The translations under genes were made by a program, and so were the position numbers. Below are positions 1 through 8,511 of a stretch of 34,921 bases of DNA, piece after piece. The stretch comes from Candidatus Thalassarchaeum sp. (GTDB lineage Archaea > Thermoplasmatota > Poseidoniia > Poseidoniales > Thalassarchaeaceae), in NCBI GenBank assembly GCA_022449845.1, contig JAKUOE010000003.1, positions 5,166 to 40,086 on the forward strand. Reading direction: 5' to 3'. The notes beneath the pieces were generated by a model that was given only the letters and a program-made list of their open reading frames with translations, did not search any database and had not been told where the DNA came from. Numbering within the stretch: the stretch's first letter is position 1; the number at the start of each line of letters is the position of its first letter.

Positions 1-957
1 TCAGAGAATGGGCCGTCTGAAAGAGCGACCTCCCCGAGAGTGGGGTGCCCTGAGATGTGGACCTTGCCGTGCACAGTTACCGGGTGTTGCCAAGGTGAGA
101 CACCAGCAATGACGCGGAGTCGGCTTGATTTCCCACAACCTGAAGGTCCCCTGAGCAGGACAATCTGGCCACCCTTCAACAATTCCTTGTGCCGTCCAAT
201 GCTTCGGCCATCCGGCAAACGAATCTCAAGGTCAAGGCCCAATTGCACCGAGGTCGAGAAATGGTAAGGGTTGACACCGTCTTCGCGGACATCCTCACCA
301 AGGGCAATCTGAACGATTCGGCGCTTAACACCGTGTCTCCAGCGTCTCGGAGCGAGAATCCCACGTGATTGAACGGCATCCCCCAAATCATGGGCATGGT
401 CGAGTGAATCCGCCAACCATCCTGGCCAGATTGAGGCCCGGGTTCGAAGCGCCTGCAAACCGGATTGATCATCGATGAAACCGCGTTCCTCAAGCGTCTC
501 CAAGCGCCATTTTGCACTCCGTTCTAATCGGGGGACAAGACGTAAGGCGATGGCTAGAGAGACACCGAGTCGAGGCAAGACCCAATCGAAGGCACGGACG
601 ACGTCGGAAGGTGGAACCGACCAAGTCAAAATCTGCATCCCGAGCAGAGCGATGAGCAATCGACCCATGAGCAGTAGAATACGCTGCCAATCTCCCGATC
701 CACTAAACAGAAACAGAACCAATCCGTAAAGAATGGACAAGGGCAACCAGACGCGCAGCCATCGGAACAGAGAGGTCGGGCCAACCATGTAGGCAGACCA
801 AAGAAACAGGAAACTACCCCAAGCTGCGAGGTGTCGCCATTCGAGCAATAGGGGTAGAACGACGACGAGAACGAGGAATGGAAGACGAAAGTGGCGAGGG
901 GGGCCCAGACGAGCCGCTCTCTCACCTTGCCAACCCCAGATTGAGATGAATATCGCC
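1..957 (-). CDS. ECF-type transporter T component (EcfT/CbiQ-like membrane domain) reading in frame into an ABC ATPase domain; the 3' end runs off the window
   Basis: I translated the minus strand by hand. The frame is open from the TAG at 960-962 down to base 1. It reads ..IFISIWGWQGERAARLGPPRHFRLPFLVLVVVLPLLLEWRHLAAWGSFLFLWSAYMVGPTSLFRWLRVWLPLSILYGLVLFLFSG..AFDWVLPRLGVSLAIALRLVPRLERSAKWRLETLEERGF..GDAVQSRGI, which is multi-TM with two x-R-G coupling-helix-like motifs. It continues ..LGLDLEIRLPDGRSIGRHKELLKGGQIVLLRGPSGCGKSS, with the Walker A motif at bases 126-149. The ORF is not in the track because it has no stop inside the window. Track ORFs 176..517 and 626..925 are out-of-frame shadows of it. 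The first canonical starts are TTG 848 and ATG 788, so the true start is unresolved. Confidence 0.6.
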
Positions 958-973
958 TCCTATGGAGGCGATA
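951..973 (-). terminator. Perfect 10-bp stem / 3-nt loop hairpin between the propeller gene and the EcfT-like ORF
   Basis: tatcgcctcc (951-960) pairs perfectly with ggaggcgata (964-973), with loop tat. It lies 33 nt downstream of the stop at 1006. On the minus strand it also presents GGAGG (960-956) just upstream of the EcfT-like frame. Confidence 0.35.
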
Positions 974-1005
974 CGGAGAGAAGCGGACTTTGAGTATTGA
1001 CCTCG

Positions 1006-3006
1006 TCAGAACTGGCCAACGTCAAAATGCCAGTCGATATGGTCCCCCGCTTCGACCACTTGTTCGGCCATGCCAATCGTCCCATATCCACCGTTCAGAT
1101 CATAACTCCACCAGCGCCCATCTGAACCACCAGTGGCATCATTGACATCGAGTAAGAATGGGCCCAGAATTTGTGATTCGACTTCGTAATCATACTGATA
1201 GTCAGCCAGCGTGTCCATGGTCACCATCTCGACCGTGGTTCCAACGTCAACTTCGATGGCTGCGACAACGATGCAGTAACTCCCTTCTGGAGCAGGGGTT
1301 GCGAGCCAAGACATCCCTGTTTCTCTCGAATAGATTTCACCTTCATCACAGGATTCCGGAGCAAATGATTCGGGGAAATGAAACGCGACGAGAACTTCGT
1401 TTTCCGCCAAACCATCATCCAGTGCTGAAACAAGGGTTCCAACACGAGTTCGCTGGCTTGAGTCTGCCTCTGGATCAGCCACAATATGTGTGTTGTAGAA
1501 TGTGCCAACCATCGCTAGCCCGAGCAAGACCATGAAGGCAGCTCCGATGCGAATCATACGCCGGGTATCAGAACTCACTGAGAATTGTGCTAGAATCAGA
1601 AATAGTGCAGCACCGATGAAGGGGAGAATCACAATGCCTGTGGCACCTTCTTCAGTTGATTCCGAGATTCCATCATCCTGTGGTTCTGGAGATTCCGCTG
1701 TGTTCTCAACTGTTCCAAGAGTGTCATCGGCTTTCGCATGAATCGAATTCCAATCAAGAGGGTCGTAGCGCACTTCGAGCCAAGAGGCATCGTTGGCTGC
1801 AGCATGAACCAGCCCATCTGAGCCGCAACCCGCCGTCACATAGCCCGACACGTCAGGAATCCATTCGATACTGTGATTGGCATCGATGGCGAGGAACCAC
1901 GAACCCATCGCTGTATTCTGAGGCAAACAAATCGAAATCACATCGTCCCATTGGATCCAACGAATCTCGCCCACCACATCACTGGCATTCCAACGAATGG
2001 CTTCGAACATCGTTCCATTGACCACGCCGTAATGGACCGCGTCATCATTGCCCGCAAAGACAGTGAGTTGATTCATTCCGGATGGTGTCGTCGCTGTACC
2101 TGAACCCAGAGTAATCGAATCGAGGAGAGTTGTATTTCCAGATTGATCCCACTGGATCCGAACAAGATTGGATTCACCTGTCGAATGGAGGTGCAACATC
2201 ACGCCATGTTCAAACTGGAATATGGGGGTTGAACGAATTCGCCAAGTCCCGGTCAGATTGGCCAGTTCCACAATGTCGATGTCATCGAGGAGAACTGAGT
2301 TCGAATCATATCGCAATAGATGCCCGGTTTCGGTGCCCTGCAACCACCCTACAGATGTCGTGATGCTTCCATTCGCATCGGCCTCCATGTCCACCCAAGC
2401 CCCAAGATTGGCGCGATATGTGCGAAGGCCGGAATCGTGGTGTTGATGCAAGATTGTACCATTGGCGGCACAGACCTGGATAATCCCTGTCTCTGTAGGC
2501 CATACAATTTCGCCTGTTGTCGCGAGGAAGCCGCCGCCAGTAATCCCCCAATCGGGTGCCGAAGTTGAGACGTTCCACATCTCATCTCCAGTGGCGAAGT
2601 CATGTGCGGTGAGGATTCCAGAAGTCCAACCTGTGACAATCACGTCCCGTTCGGTCTCACACGGGTGACTGGAGTCAGATGCACCTGCGATATGCGAGAG
2701 TGGAGCCACTTCGAATCCACGATTGCTCTGAGAATGTAGGGACCGCCAAATCTCGACGCCTGTATCCGCACGATACGCCACTAGGCCGGCGCCCTCTCCT
2801 GTATTGGGATTGCCTCCACCCTTGACGATGACAAGACCGTCTTTCACCAGAGGGGCCGTGGAAATGTATCCAATGTCGACGCTCGCATTCCATTGAACAT
2901 CTGGCAACACAGGATCCGTAATCCATTCAGCGTGACGACCTTCGCTCGCCTCAGCCGGAAATGCAGCGAGAAGAAACAGGGTGAGTATGAGCAATGCTCG
3001 TCGCAT
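1006..3006 (-). CDS. Secreted PQQ-like beta-propeller repeat protein with two central TM helices and a C-terminal DUF4430 (transcobalamin-like) domain
   Basis: 666-aa ORF with signal peptide MRRALLILTLFLLAAFPAEA. Repeated A-x-D-x-x-T/G-G-x-x-x-W propeller motifs are present (AYRADTGVEIW, AHDFATGDEMW, CAANGTILH). The TM pair GIVILPFIGAALFLILAQFSV / IGAAFMVLLGLAMVGTF maps to about 1498-1638. The C-terminal part reads GPFLLDVNDATGGSDGRWWSYDLNGGYGTIGMAEQVVEAGDHIDWHF, which matches the DUF4430 pattern. Its ATG overlaps the gatE stop by 1 nt. Confidence 0.7.
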   Translation of the reverse strand: MRRALLILTLFLLAAFPAEASEGRHAEWITDPVLPDVQWNASVDIGYISTAPLVKDGLVIVKGGGNPNTGEGAGLVAYRADTGVEIWRSLHSQSNRGFEVAPLSHIAGASDSSHPCETERDVIVTGWTSGILTAHDFATGDEMWNVSTSAPDWGITGGGFLATTGEIVWPTETGIIQVCAANGTILHQHHDSGLRTYRANLGAWVDMEADANGSITTSVGWLQGTETGHLLRYDSNSVLLDDIDIVELANLTGTWRIRSTPIFQFEHGVMLHLHSTGESNLVRIQWDQSGNTTLLDSITLGSGTATTPSGMNQLTVFAGNDDAVHYGVVNGTMFEAIRWNASDVVGEIRWIQWDDVISICLPQNTAMGSWFLAIDANHSIEWIPDVSGYVTAGCGSDGLVHAAANDASWLEVRYDPLDWNSIHAKADDTLGTVENTAESPEPQDDGISESTEEGATGIVILPFIGAALFLILAQFSVSSDTRRMIRIGAAFMVLLGLAMVGTFYNTHIVADPEADSSQRTRVGTLVSALDDGLAENEVLVAFHFPESFAPESCDEGEIYSRETGMSWLATPAPEGSYCIVVAAIEVDVGTTVEMVTMDTLADYQYDYEVESQILGPFLLDVNDATGGSDGRWWSYDLNGGYGTIGMAEQVVEAGDHIDWHFDVGQF

Positions 3007-5027
3007 CAGAGCAGCCTCTGAATTTGTTCTTTCAGGGCAGCTGAGACGGCCTTTCCATCGGCGGCGCCCCCTAGTTTACCCATGACCACACCCATCAGTG
3101 GCCCCAGGGCTTCCATGCCGCGCTCTGCAACAAATTCAGCACGTTCGGCTAGAACTTCAGCGACGGCTGCATCAACAGCTCCGGTATCTGCAGGCTCAAA
3201 TCCTCGAGATGCGGCCTCTGCGCTCATCCATTCGAGCAAAGTTGGGATGTCATCGGTAGTCGCATCGTTGACTAGAGGTTCGACCCCTTCTCGGGTAATT
3301 GCACCCGATTCTCGAAGATGGATGGCGGCCGCAAGAGCGGTGACTTTCGCAGTACCATGATCCAACAATGCACTGGCCCAGGCCTTGGTTGGAAGAGAGA
3401 GTTCGCCTGAAATCCCATCCATGAAATAATCGTCAAGTTCACCGCTCAGCAGAGCCGATACCTGATTTTCAGAAAGATCTGTGGTGCCGAGGCGGGCGAG
3501 GCGTTCATCACGACTTGGAGGCAGATTTGTTCGAATCGATGTCCAAAATTCAGAAGCGATTGGAGTCGTGGGGATGTCGGTCTCCGGGTACATCCGTGCC
3601 CCACCCGGCAAGGGTCGCATCGCTGTGGTCGTACCGTCTTCTGGTTCGCCTTTGCGAATGACAACATTGCGAACCTCCTGTGGGATTCGATGGTAAGCCA
3701 GACAAGCACGCGAATGAACGCCTTCGAGGGCCAATTCCGCCTGCCATTGCGGAGCGACACAGAGAACGAAGCAATCACCGAGTTCGGCTGCGCATGCAGC
3801 GGTTTCGGCTTCCGTGATTCCATAGGCTGGCAATTCGTCCGAGTGGAAAATACCACGAACACCCGCCAACTTCGCTGCACTCGCCAGTTCACGACCGAGT
3901 CTGGGCAACTGAGCACCCTGTTCGTCCAATGTCTTGGAACCGAGTTTACCCGACAATCCCGGAAGAGGTAGTCCGAGAACAACGGCACCGGTCGACATTG
4001 ATTCGGACACCATCTTGGATTCGCAATTGGCGAAAGTCGCCGAAATGTCGTGGAGTTTGAATGGCATCTGTTCAGCGACCTTCTCAGCCACCGATGCCTC
4101 AACGGTTGAATCGTCAAGATTGCGATGTTCCGGCAACGGGTCAACACCGAGTTGGGATCTAAGTTCGTTGGCCAAACGATGGAAGTGCAGTTGGCGTGCC
4201 ATCTCAAGGCGGATGATTCGTGGAATCCAATCGAGGTCTTGACAACCCTTGATTTCCACACGGTCACCCGGTCCGATACTGACGTTGAGGTCTTGACGAA
4301 TCGAACCTAAACCGCGACGGACGCGACGAGTGTCTCGCAGAAGAGTCCCCAATGCGAGAGCGGTCTCCTTGGCATGTTCGGGAGTCTGTACATCGGGAGC
4401 CGTGGCGACCTCAACCAATGGTACTCCAAGTCGATCTAGGTTGTAGACGACCTGTTCACCACCCGAGGTGGCGCGAGTATCGAGTTTGCGAGCGCTGTCC
4501 TCCTCCAGACAAATGACGTCGATTCCCACGGGCCCTGTCGGCGTCTGAATGGAACCATGTGTGGCGATGAGTGTTGTGCGTTGGAAGCCACTGGTGTTGG
4601 AACCATCGACCACTGTCTTGCGCATCGCTTGAAGGGCACCCACCGGTTTGGCATCCATCATGGCCGCCATCATCAGGGCAACTTCGACGGCATCCTCATC
4701 GTGATCGAGAGGAGGGGCTTCGTCCATCTCAATGAGGCCGGCGTTGGGTGATTGATAGTAAACGAAGGAGCGATTTCGTCGCTGTTCAAAGCGTGCGGCG
4801 ATATCGATACGGCCACCTTCTCCACGAGCGGCACGGAGGCGGCGATGGGCACTGGGCCATCGACCTTCGATGTCTTCGATACCGTCGGCGTACAGAGTGC
4901 TGGGCTGACGGGAATGCAATTTCCCCGTGGCCAATTGCTGATGAACCTCTAAACCGCACATGAAGCCAAGAGCCGCCGGGTCCAAGCCGTCGGCATCCGC
5001 GACATCGCCAGGAACCCCCTCGGCCAT
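3006..5027 (-). CDS. gatE: Glutamyl-tRNA(Gln) amidotransferase subunit E (archaeal GatE)
   Basis: 673-aa ORF. The N-terminus has GFMCGLEVHQQL...KLHSR. An AspRS-like insertion region is present. The GatB/YqeY-like C-terminal tail reads LGPLMGVVMGKLGGAADGKAVSAALKE. Confidence 0.9.
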   Translation of the reverse strand: MAEGVPGDVADADGLDPAALGFMCGLEVHQQLATGKLHSRQPSTLYADGIEDIEGRWPSAHRRLRAARGEGGRIDIAARFEQRRNRSFVYYQSPNAGLIEMDEAPPLDHDEDAVEVALMMAAMMDAKPVGALQAMRKTVVDGSNTSGFQRTTLIATHGSIQTPTGPVGIDVICLEEDSARKLDTRATSGGEQVVYNLDRLGVPLVEVATAPDVQTPEHAKETALALGTLLRDTRRVRRGLGSIRQDLNVSIGPGDRVEIKGCQDLDWIPRIIRLEMARQLHFHRLANELRSQLGVDPLPEHRNLDDSTVEASVAEKVAEQMPFKLHDISATFANCESKMVSESMSTGAVVLGLPLPGLSGKLGSKTLDEQGAQLPRLGRELASAAKLAGVRGIFHSDELPAYGITEAETAACAAELGDCFVLCVAPQWQAELALEGVHSRACLAYHRIPQEVRNVVIRKGEPEDGTTTAMRPLPGGARMYPETDIPTTPIASEFWTSIRTNLPPSRDERLARLGTTDLSENQVSALLSGELDDYFMDGISGELSLPTKAWASALLDHGTAKVTALAAAIHLRESGAITREGVEPLVNDATTDDIPTLLEWMSAEAASRGFEPADTGAVDAAVAEVLAERAEFVAERGMEALGPLMGVVMGKLGGAADGKAVSAALKEQIQRLL

Positions 5028-5040
5028 GACGCGAGTCCAA

Positions 5041-5066
5041 CCGCTGCCCCCCTAAAGGGGCAGCGG
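5041..5066 (-). terminator. GC-rich hairpin downstream of mcm and upstream of gatE
   Basis: ccgctgcccc (5041-5050) pairs perfectly with ggggcagcgg (5057-5066), with loop cctaaa. It lies in the 52-nt mcm-gatE spacer. Confidence 0.4.
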
Positions 5067-5079
5067 TGTCTGACATCTC

Positions 5080-7233
5080 TCAGTTGTTATATCGCCACAA
5101 TCCGATTCGTGGTGAGTACAAATCGCCACGATTTCGCATATTGTTGAGGACACGGTCAACGGTGTCTTCGTCGTATCCCTGCTCGCTTGCAGCGTTGTAT
5201 ACGTCTGGAGTGGTACATTCGCCATCGAGTTCACGACAGAGGTTGCGGACAATCGACATGATGGTTCTCTCTGCACTCTGAGCGCGCTTGCGCATCCCTG
5301 AAGTCGGATCATCGGGGTTAATTCCATCACCCTCGCTGAGATATCGCCAAAGTTTGTCCATTGCAATGGCTTCCTTGGCGTCTTCATCTGTGACCTCATT
5401 GCGTAGGAACAAGCGAGCTCTGGCTTCGGCCATTCGCAAGGTTCCCTCAATTGAACGAGCGGTCAAAGCAACGGTGTTTCCTGAGTCTTGGCCTTCCTTT
5501 CTTTGATCGGTATAGTAATCGACAAGAATTTTCATGGGGGACTCATCACATGTTGGATGGTATTCTCGTTTGCAGTGAGCCACATATTTCTGTAGGAAAT
5601 CAATCGTTAGAATCTCCTCGTCATCTACATTCTGATAATACATTTCACCCCGATGGACGTCTTTCGGCTCGACCTGTTCACCACTCTCAATCAGATGTTC
5701 TGGAACCCCCGAACGCTTGGCTCGAATGATGTATTCGCCAATCTTTCGATCTCGGCTCTCAATTACATCGTCTTTGATCATCCAAATAATGTCGAAACGG
5801 GTAATCAGAGGCTGGGGTAAATCGATTTGATTGTTGAGATAAGTGGAGGGTTCGCCATCGACGACAGGAACCAGGCGACCACCATGCTTCTTGTTCGGAT
5901 TCGCAGCCGCTAGAACAGCACAGCGCGTGGGCATGGTTGCGCTAATTCCGCCTTTGTTGATGTTGATGCGCTGTTGTTCCATGGCCTCGTGCATAGCGCC
6001 TCGATCTTCGGGCGACATCTTGTCGAATTCGTCAACTGCACAAAGGCCCATGTCCGCCAACACAAGCGCGCCTGCTTCTAGTGAGAAGCGGCCATCGTTG
6101 AATGCGTCTCTGACCGCAGCCGCCGTCAATCCGGCCGCACTCGTCCCACCACCAGTGGTGAATCGACCACGTGGTGAAATCATACCCATGAATGTCAGCA
6201 ATTGCGACTTGGCGACACCGGGGTCACCGAGCAACAGGATGTGGATATCACCACGGGTCCGTGTGCCGTCACTGAACTTTCGTGAGACGCCACCGAACAA
6301 TTGTAAAATCAATGATTTCTTGATGTAATTCATCATATCGTCGCCGACGATAATCGATGGCGCAATCGAGCGAATGAAGAGTTCAAAGAGATCTTCGCGC
6401 TTCGCAATTTTCTCAATTTCTAGAATCTCTTCAGGGGTGGTCTTCACTTCTTCCAGAGGGATGTTCTTGTGTTCGCTGGAATGCAACGAAATGTAGACGT
6501 CGAACATGGGTGTCTTCGTTCCACCTCGCTTGAGGGTTCGAACATAGGGGATACCATTGATTCGAATACGCTCACCGGGCACGTGTTTGCCGGCCAATTC
6601 CGCTTCAGCCAACACGCTCAGACGAACGGGTTGAGAACCAGGTTTGACGTTCTCAGGAAGTTCTTGGACTTCGATCCATTGATTGTCAATCATGGTGGAA
6701 TCTTCCCATCTGAGATCGAATCGAGTCTGGCCCCCCGCCCTTCGACGACCGCAACCACCGGTGTCTGGACACTCCAATGGTTCAATCAATTCCAATTCGT
6801 TGGGTTGAGAAATCGGAAGGGTGTTTCCGCACGTTGTGCAGGTGAAGATGGCCTCGTAAATTCGAGGTTTGAGTTCACTCACCTTGGTGACAATCACTTC
6901 GGAAGTCGTGAACGTCTCGACCTGATCGCTGCTAATGGCTCGAAGTTTGTGTAATACATCGGGTGGAAGACCGGAGATTCGAATTCGCGGATTCGCTTCA
7001 TATCCAGATTCTCGACACATTGCGGCCAAAACCGTGTCCGCGTTGCGAAGGGTCGCTCTCGGGTGTTTTAGGATCAATTCTGCGAAGGGAACATCCCATG
7101 ACTGGATATTGGCGTACTCCATCATGAAGGCCGTTTGTTTGGGCCATGATGCGGCGAGTGTGGAGATCTCATTGGCACAGGTTTCCTCAAAGAAGGAGCG
7201 CCATCGAGCGCCCGAATCATGAACCGAAAGCAT
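5080..7233 (-). CDS. mcm: Minichromosome maintenance (MCM) replicative helicase
   Basis: 717-aa ORF. It has a Zn finger (CTTCGN..CPDTGGCG), Walker A GDPGVAKSQ, Walker B CAVDEFDKM, the arginine-finger region LITRFD and a C-terminal winged-helix tail. GGAGG lies 7 nt upstream of the ATG. There is no intein. Confidence 0.95.
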   Translation of the reverse strand: MLSVHDSGARWRSFFEETCANEISTLAASWPKQTAFMMEYANIQSWDVPFAELILKHPRATLRNADTVLAAMCRESGYEANPRIRISGLPPDVLHKLRAISSDQVETFTTSEVIVTKVSELKPRIYEAIFTCTTCGNTLPISQPNELELIEPLECPDTGGCGRRRAGGQTRFDLRWEDSTMIDNQWIEVQELPENVKPGSQPVRLSVLAEAELAGKHVPGERIRINGIPYVRTLKRGGTKTPMFDVYISLHSSEHKNIPLEEVKTTPEEILEIEKIAKREDLFELFIRSIAPSIIVGDDMMNYIKKSLILQLFGGVSRKFSDGTRTRGDIHILLLGDPGVAKSQLLTFMGMISPRGRFTTGGGTSAAGLTAAAVRDAFNDGRFSLEAGALVLADMGLCAVDEFDKMSPEDRGAMHEAMEQQRININKGGISATMPTRCAVLAAANPNKKHGGRLVPVVDGEPSTYLNNQIDLPQPLITRFDIIWMIKDDVIESRDRKIGEYIIRAKRSGVPEHLIESGEQVEPKDVHRGEMYYQNVDDEEILTIDFLQKYVAHCKREYHPTCDESPMKILVDYYTDQRKEGQDSGNTVALTARSIEGTLRMAEARARLFLRNEVTDEDAKEAIAMDKLWRYLSEGDGINPDDPTSGMRKRAQSAERTIMSIVRNLCRELDGECTTPDVYNAASEQGYDEDTVDRVLNNMRNRGDLYSPRIGLWRYNN

Positions 7234-7263
7234 CCAACATCCTCCACACAGGGCATTCGCATC

Positions 7264-7397
7264 GGAAATCCGAGTCCCATTAACTTAGTGGAAGAAGAGG
7301 TCCAAACCCCCTCATTTCCACTGGAATCAGAACCTTACGATACAAGCAATCAGGGCCCACTGGATTTCCAATGGAAGGATTTCCAATTGGATTTCCT
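7264..7397. promoter_or_regulatory. Cluster of protein-binding-site-like repeats in the mcm/PPC divergent intergenic region, including an ORB-like dyad plus G-string
   Basis: On the minus strand, bases 7326 down to 7307 read TTCCAGTGGAAA-TGA-GGGGG. GGAAATCC sits at 7264-7271. It faces three GGATTTCC copies at 7362-7369, 7377-7384 and 7389-7396. CCACTGGA occurs twice (7319-7326, 7357-7364). Confidence 0.45.
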
Positions 7398-7445
7398 ACC
7401 ATTTTCGTGGGAAGCCCTTTGAACGGCCGACATGGAGCCGGGGAC

Positions 7446-7874
7446 ATGGAACACACACGTTCTGGAAGTGACATCCTCGTGCGACTTGATCCAGGGGAAG
7501 AAATTCATGCATCCCTACAGGAACTGGCAGATGACCTTGGGTTTGATGCGGCCGCGATTACAAGTGGTATTGGTAGAACTCGTGACAATCAATATGGATA
7601 CATGAATGCGGAAGGAGTGTACCAAAGGCGACCTTTGGACCCCCCATCAGAATTGGTGAGCCTCTCGGGCAACATTGCTCGCACAGAGAAGGGGGAAGCA
7701 TTCACCCATATCCACTGCTGTTGGTCCGATGATGACAACAACGTCCATGCTGGCCATTTGTTTCAAGCGACTGTGCATGTCGTGGCTGAGATTCACCTTA
7801 GGGTCATGGATCATGCGTCGATGACACGTTGTCCTCTAGCCGACTTGGAGTTACTGGGTCTGGAATTTGACTAG
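7446..7874 (+). CDS. PPC (DUF296) domain protein
   Basis: The sequence SDILVRLDPGEEIHASLQELADDLGFDAAAITSGIG...SGNI...HIHCCWSDDDNNVHAGHLFQATVHVVAEIHL matches the PPC/DUF296 pattern. I prefer ATG 7446, which has GGAG 9 nt upstream. The track start at 7371 lies inside the DNA repeat cluster but remains possible. Confidence 0.7.
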   Translation: MEHTRSGSDILVRLDPGEEIHASLQELADDLGFDAAAITSGIGRTRDNQYGYMNAEGVYQRRPLDPPSELVSLSGNIARTEKGEAFTHIHCCWSDDDNNVHAGHLFQATVHVVAEIHLRVMDHASMTRCPLADLELLGLEFD

Positions 7875-7884
7875 ATAGGATGAC

Positions 7885-8511
7885 ATGGGTCGGATGATGA
7901 TGCGGGTTCTGTTCGCCCATGGATTTGAAGGCGCACCTGATGGTGGCAAACCCACGTACATGAGCGAAGTTCTAGGATGGGATGTCACCACACCAATCAT
8001 GTCGTCGAAAGGTTGGAACATCGAGCAGGAAACTGATGTGCTGCTCGACCATATCGATGCTGAGGAGTTCGATCTTGTTGCGGGTTCTTCGATGGGAGGA
8101 TTGGCCGCAGCCAACGCCAGCGCGCTGCGACCAAATGCACGGTTCGGATTGCTGTTGATTGCACCCGCATTCGGACTCGCAGAAATGTGGCGTTCAAATC
8201 TCTCACCAGAAGAGATGCAGGCTTGGGAAGATGACGATGGGCGCGCCTACCATCACCACGGTTTTGGACACGATATTACGCTTGGATGGGATTTCATGCA
8301 AGCAGCAGAAAAAATGTCGTGGCCACGGTTGAATCATCCGACTGTAATCTTGCATGGCTTGCAGGATGACATTGTGCCCATTGACAACTCAAGACGAATT
8401 GCCAGCGAGCAAGAAAATGTCGCAGCACTGATGGAAATCGAAGATGGGCATCGAATGCAAAAGGCCACAATGCATTTCGAAACGGCCGCTGAAATCTGCC
8501 TCAGAACATGA
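7885..8511 (+). CDS. Alpha/beta hydrolase (small esterase, YqiA/UPF0227-like)
   Basis: 208-aa ORF with nucleophile elbow GSSMGG, an Asp in LQDDIVP and a His in DGHRM. The N-terminus RVLFAHGFEG is typical of short alpha/beta-fold esterases. Confidence 0.65.
   Translation: MGRMMMRVLFAHGFEGAPDGGKPTYMSEVLGWDVTTPIMSSKGWNIEQETDVLLDHIDAEEFDLVAGSSMGGLAAANASALRPNARFGLLLIAPAFGLAEMWRSNLSPEEMQAWEDDDGRAYHHHGFGHDITLGWDFMQAAEKMSWPRLNHPTVILHGLQDDIVPIDNSRRIASEQENVAALMEIEDGHRMQKATMHFETAAEICLRT

Noticed and set aside
176-925. Track ORFs 176..517 and 626..925 (minus) and 40..267 / 475..729 (plus)
   Set aside because: They give Cys/Arg-rich nonsense translations. The third minus-strand frame gives a continuous, recognisable EcfT-like plus ABC ATPase sequence across the same bases.
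3446-4267. 273-aa ORF on the same strand as gatE in another frame
   Set aside because: It lies entirely inside gatE, whose frame carries clear family motifs. The alternative frame gives an Arg/Ser/Cys-rich translation that does not look like protein.
7371-7445. N-terminal extension MEGFPIGFPTIFVGSPLNGRHGAGD of the PPC-domain ORF
   Set aside because: The GFPIGFP repeat is the translation of the GGATTTCC DNA repeats. ATG 7446 has a better-placed GGAG, and the PPC domain starts just after it. I kept 7371 as an alternative start in the feature note.
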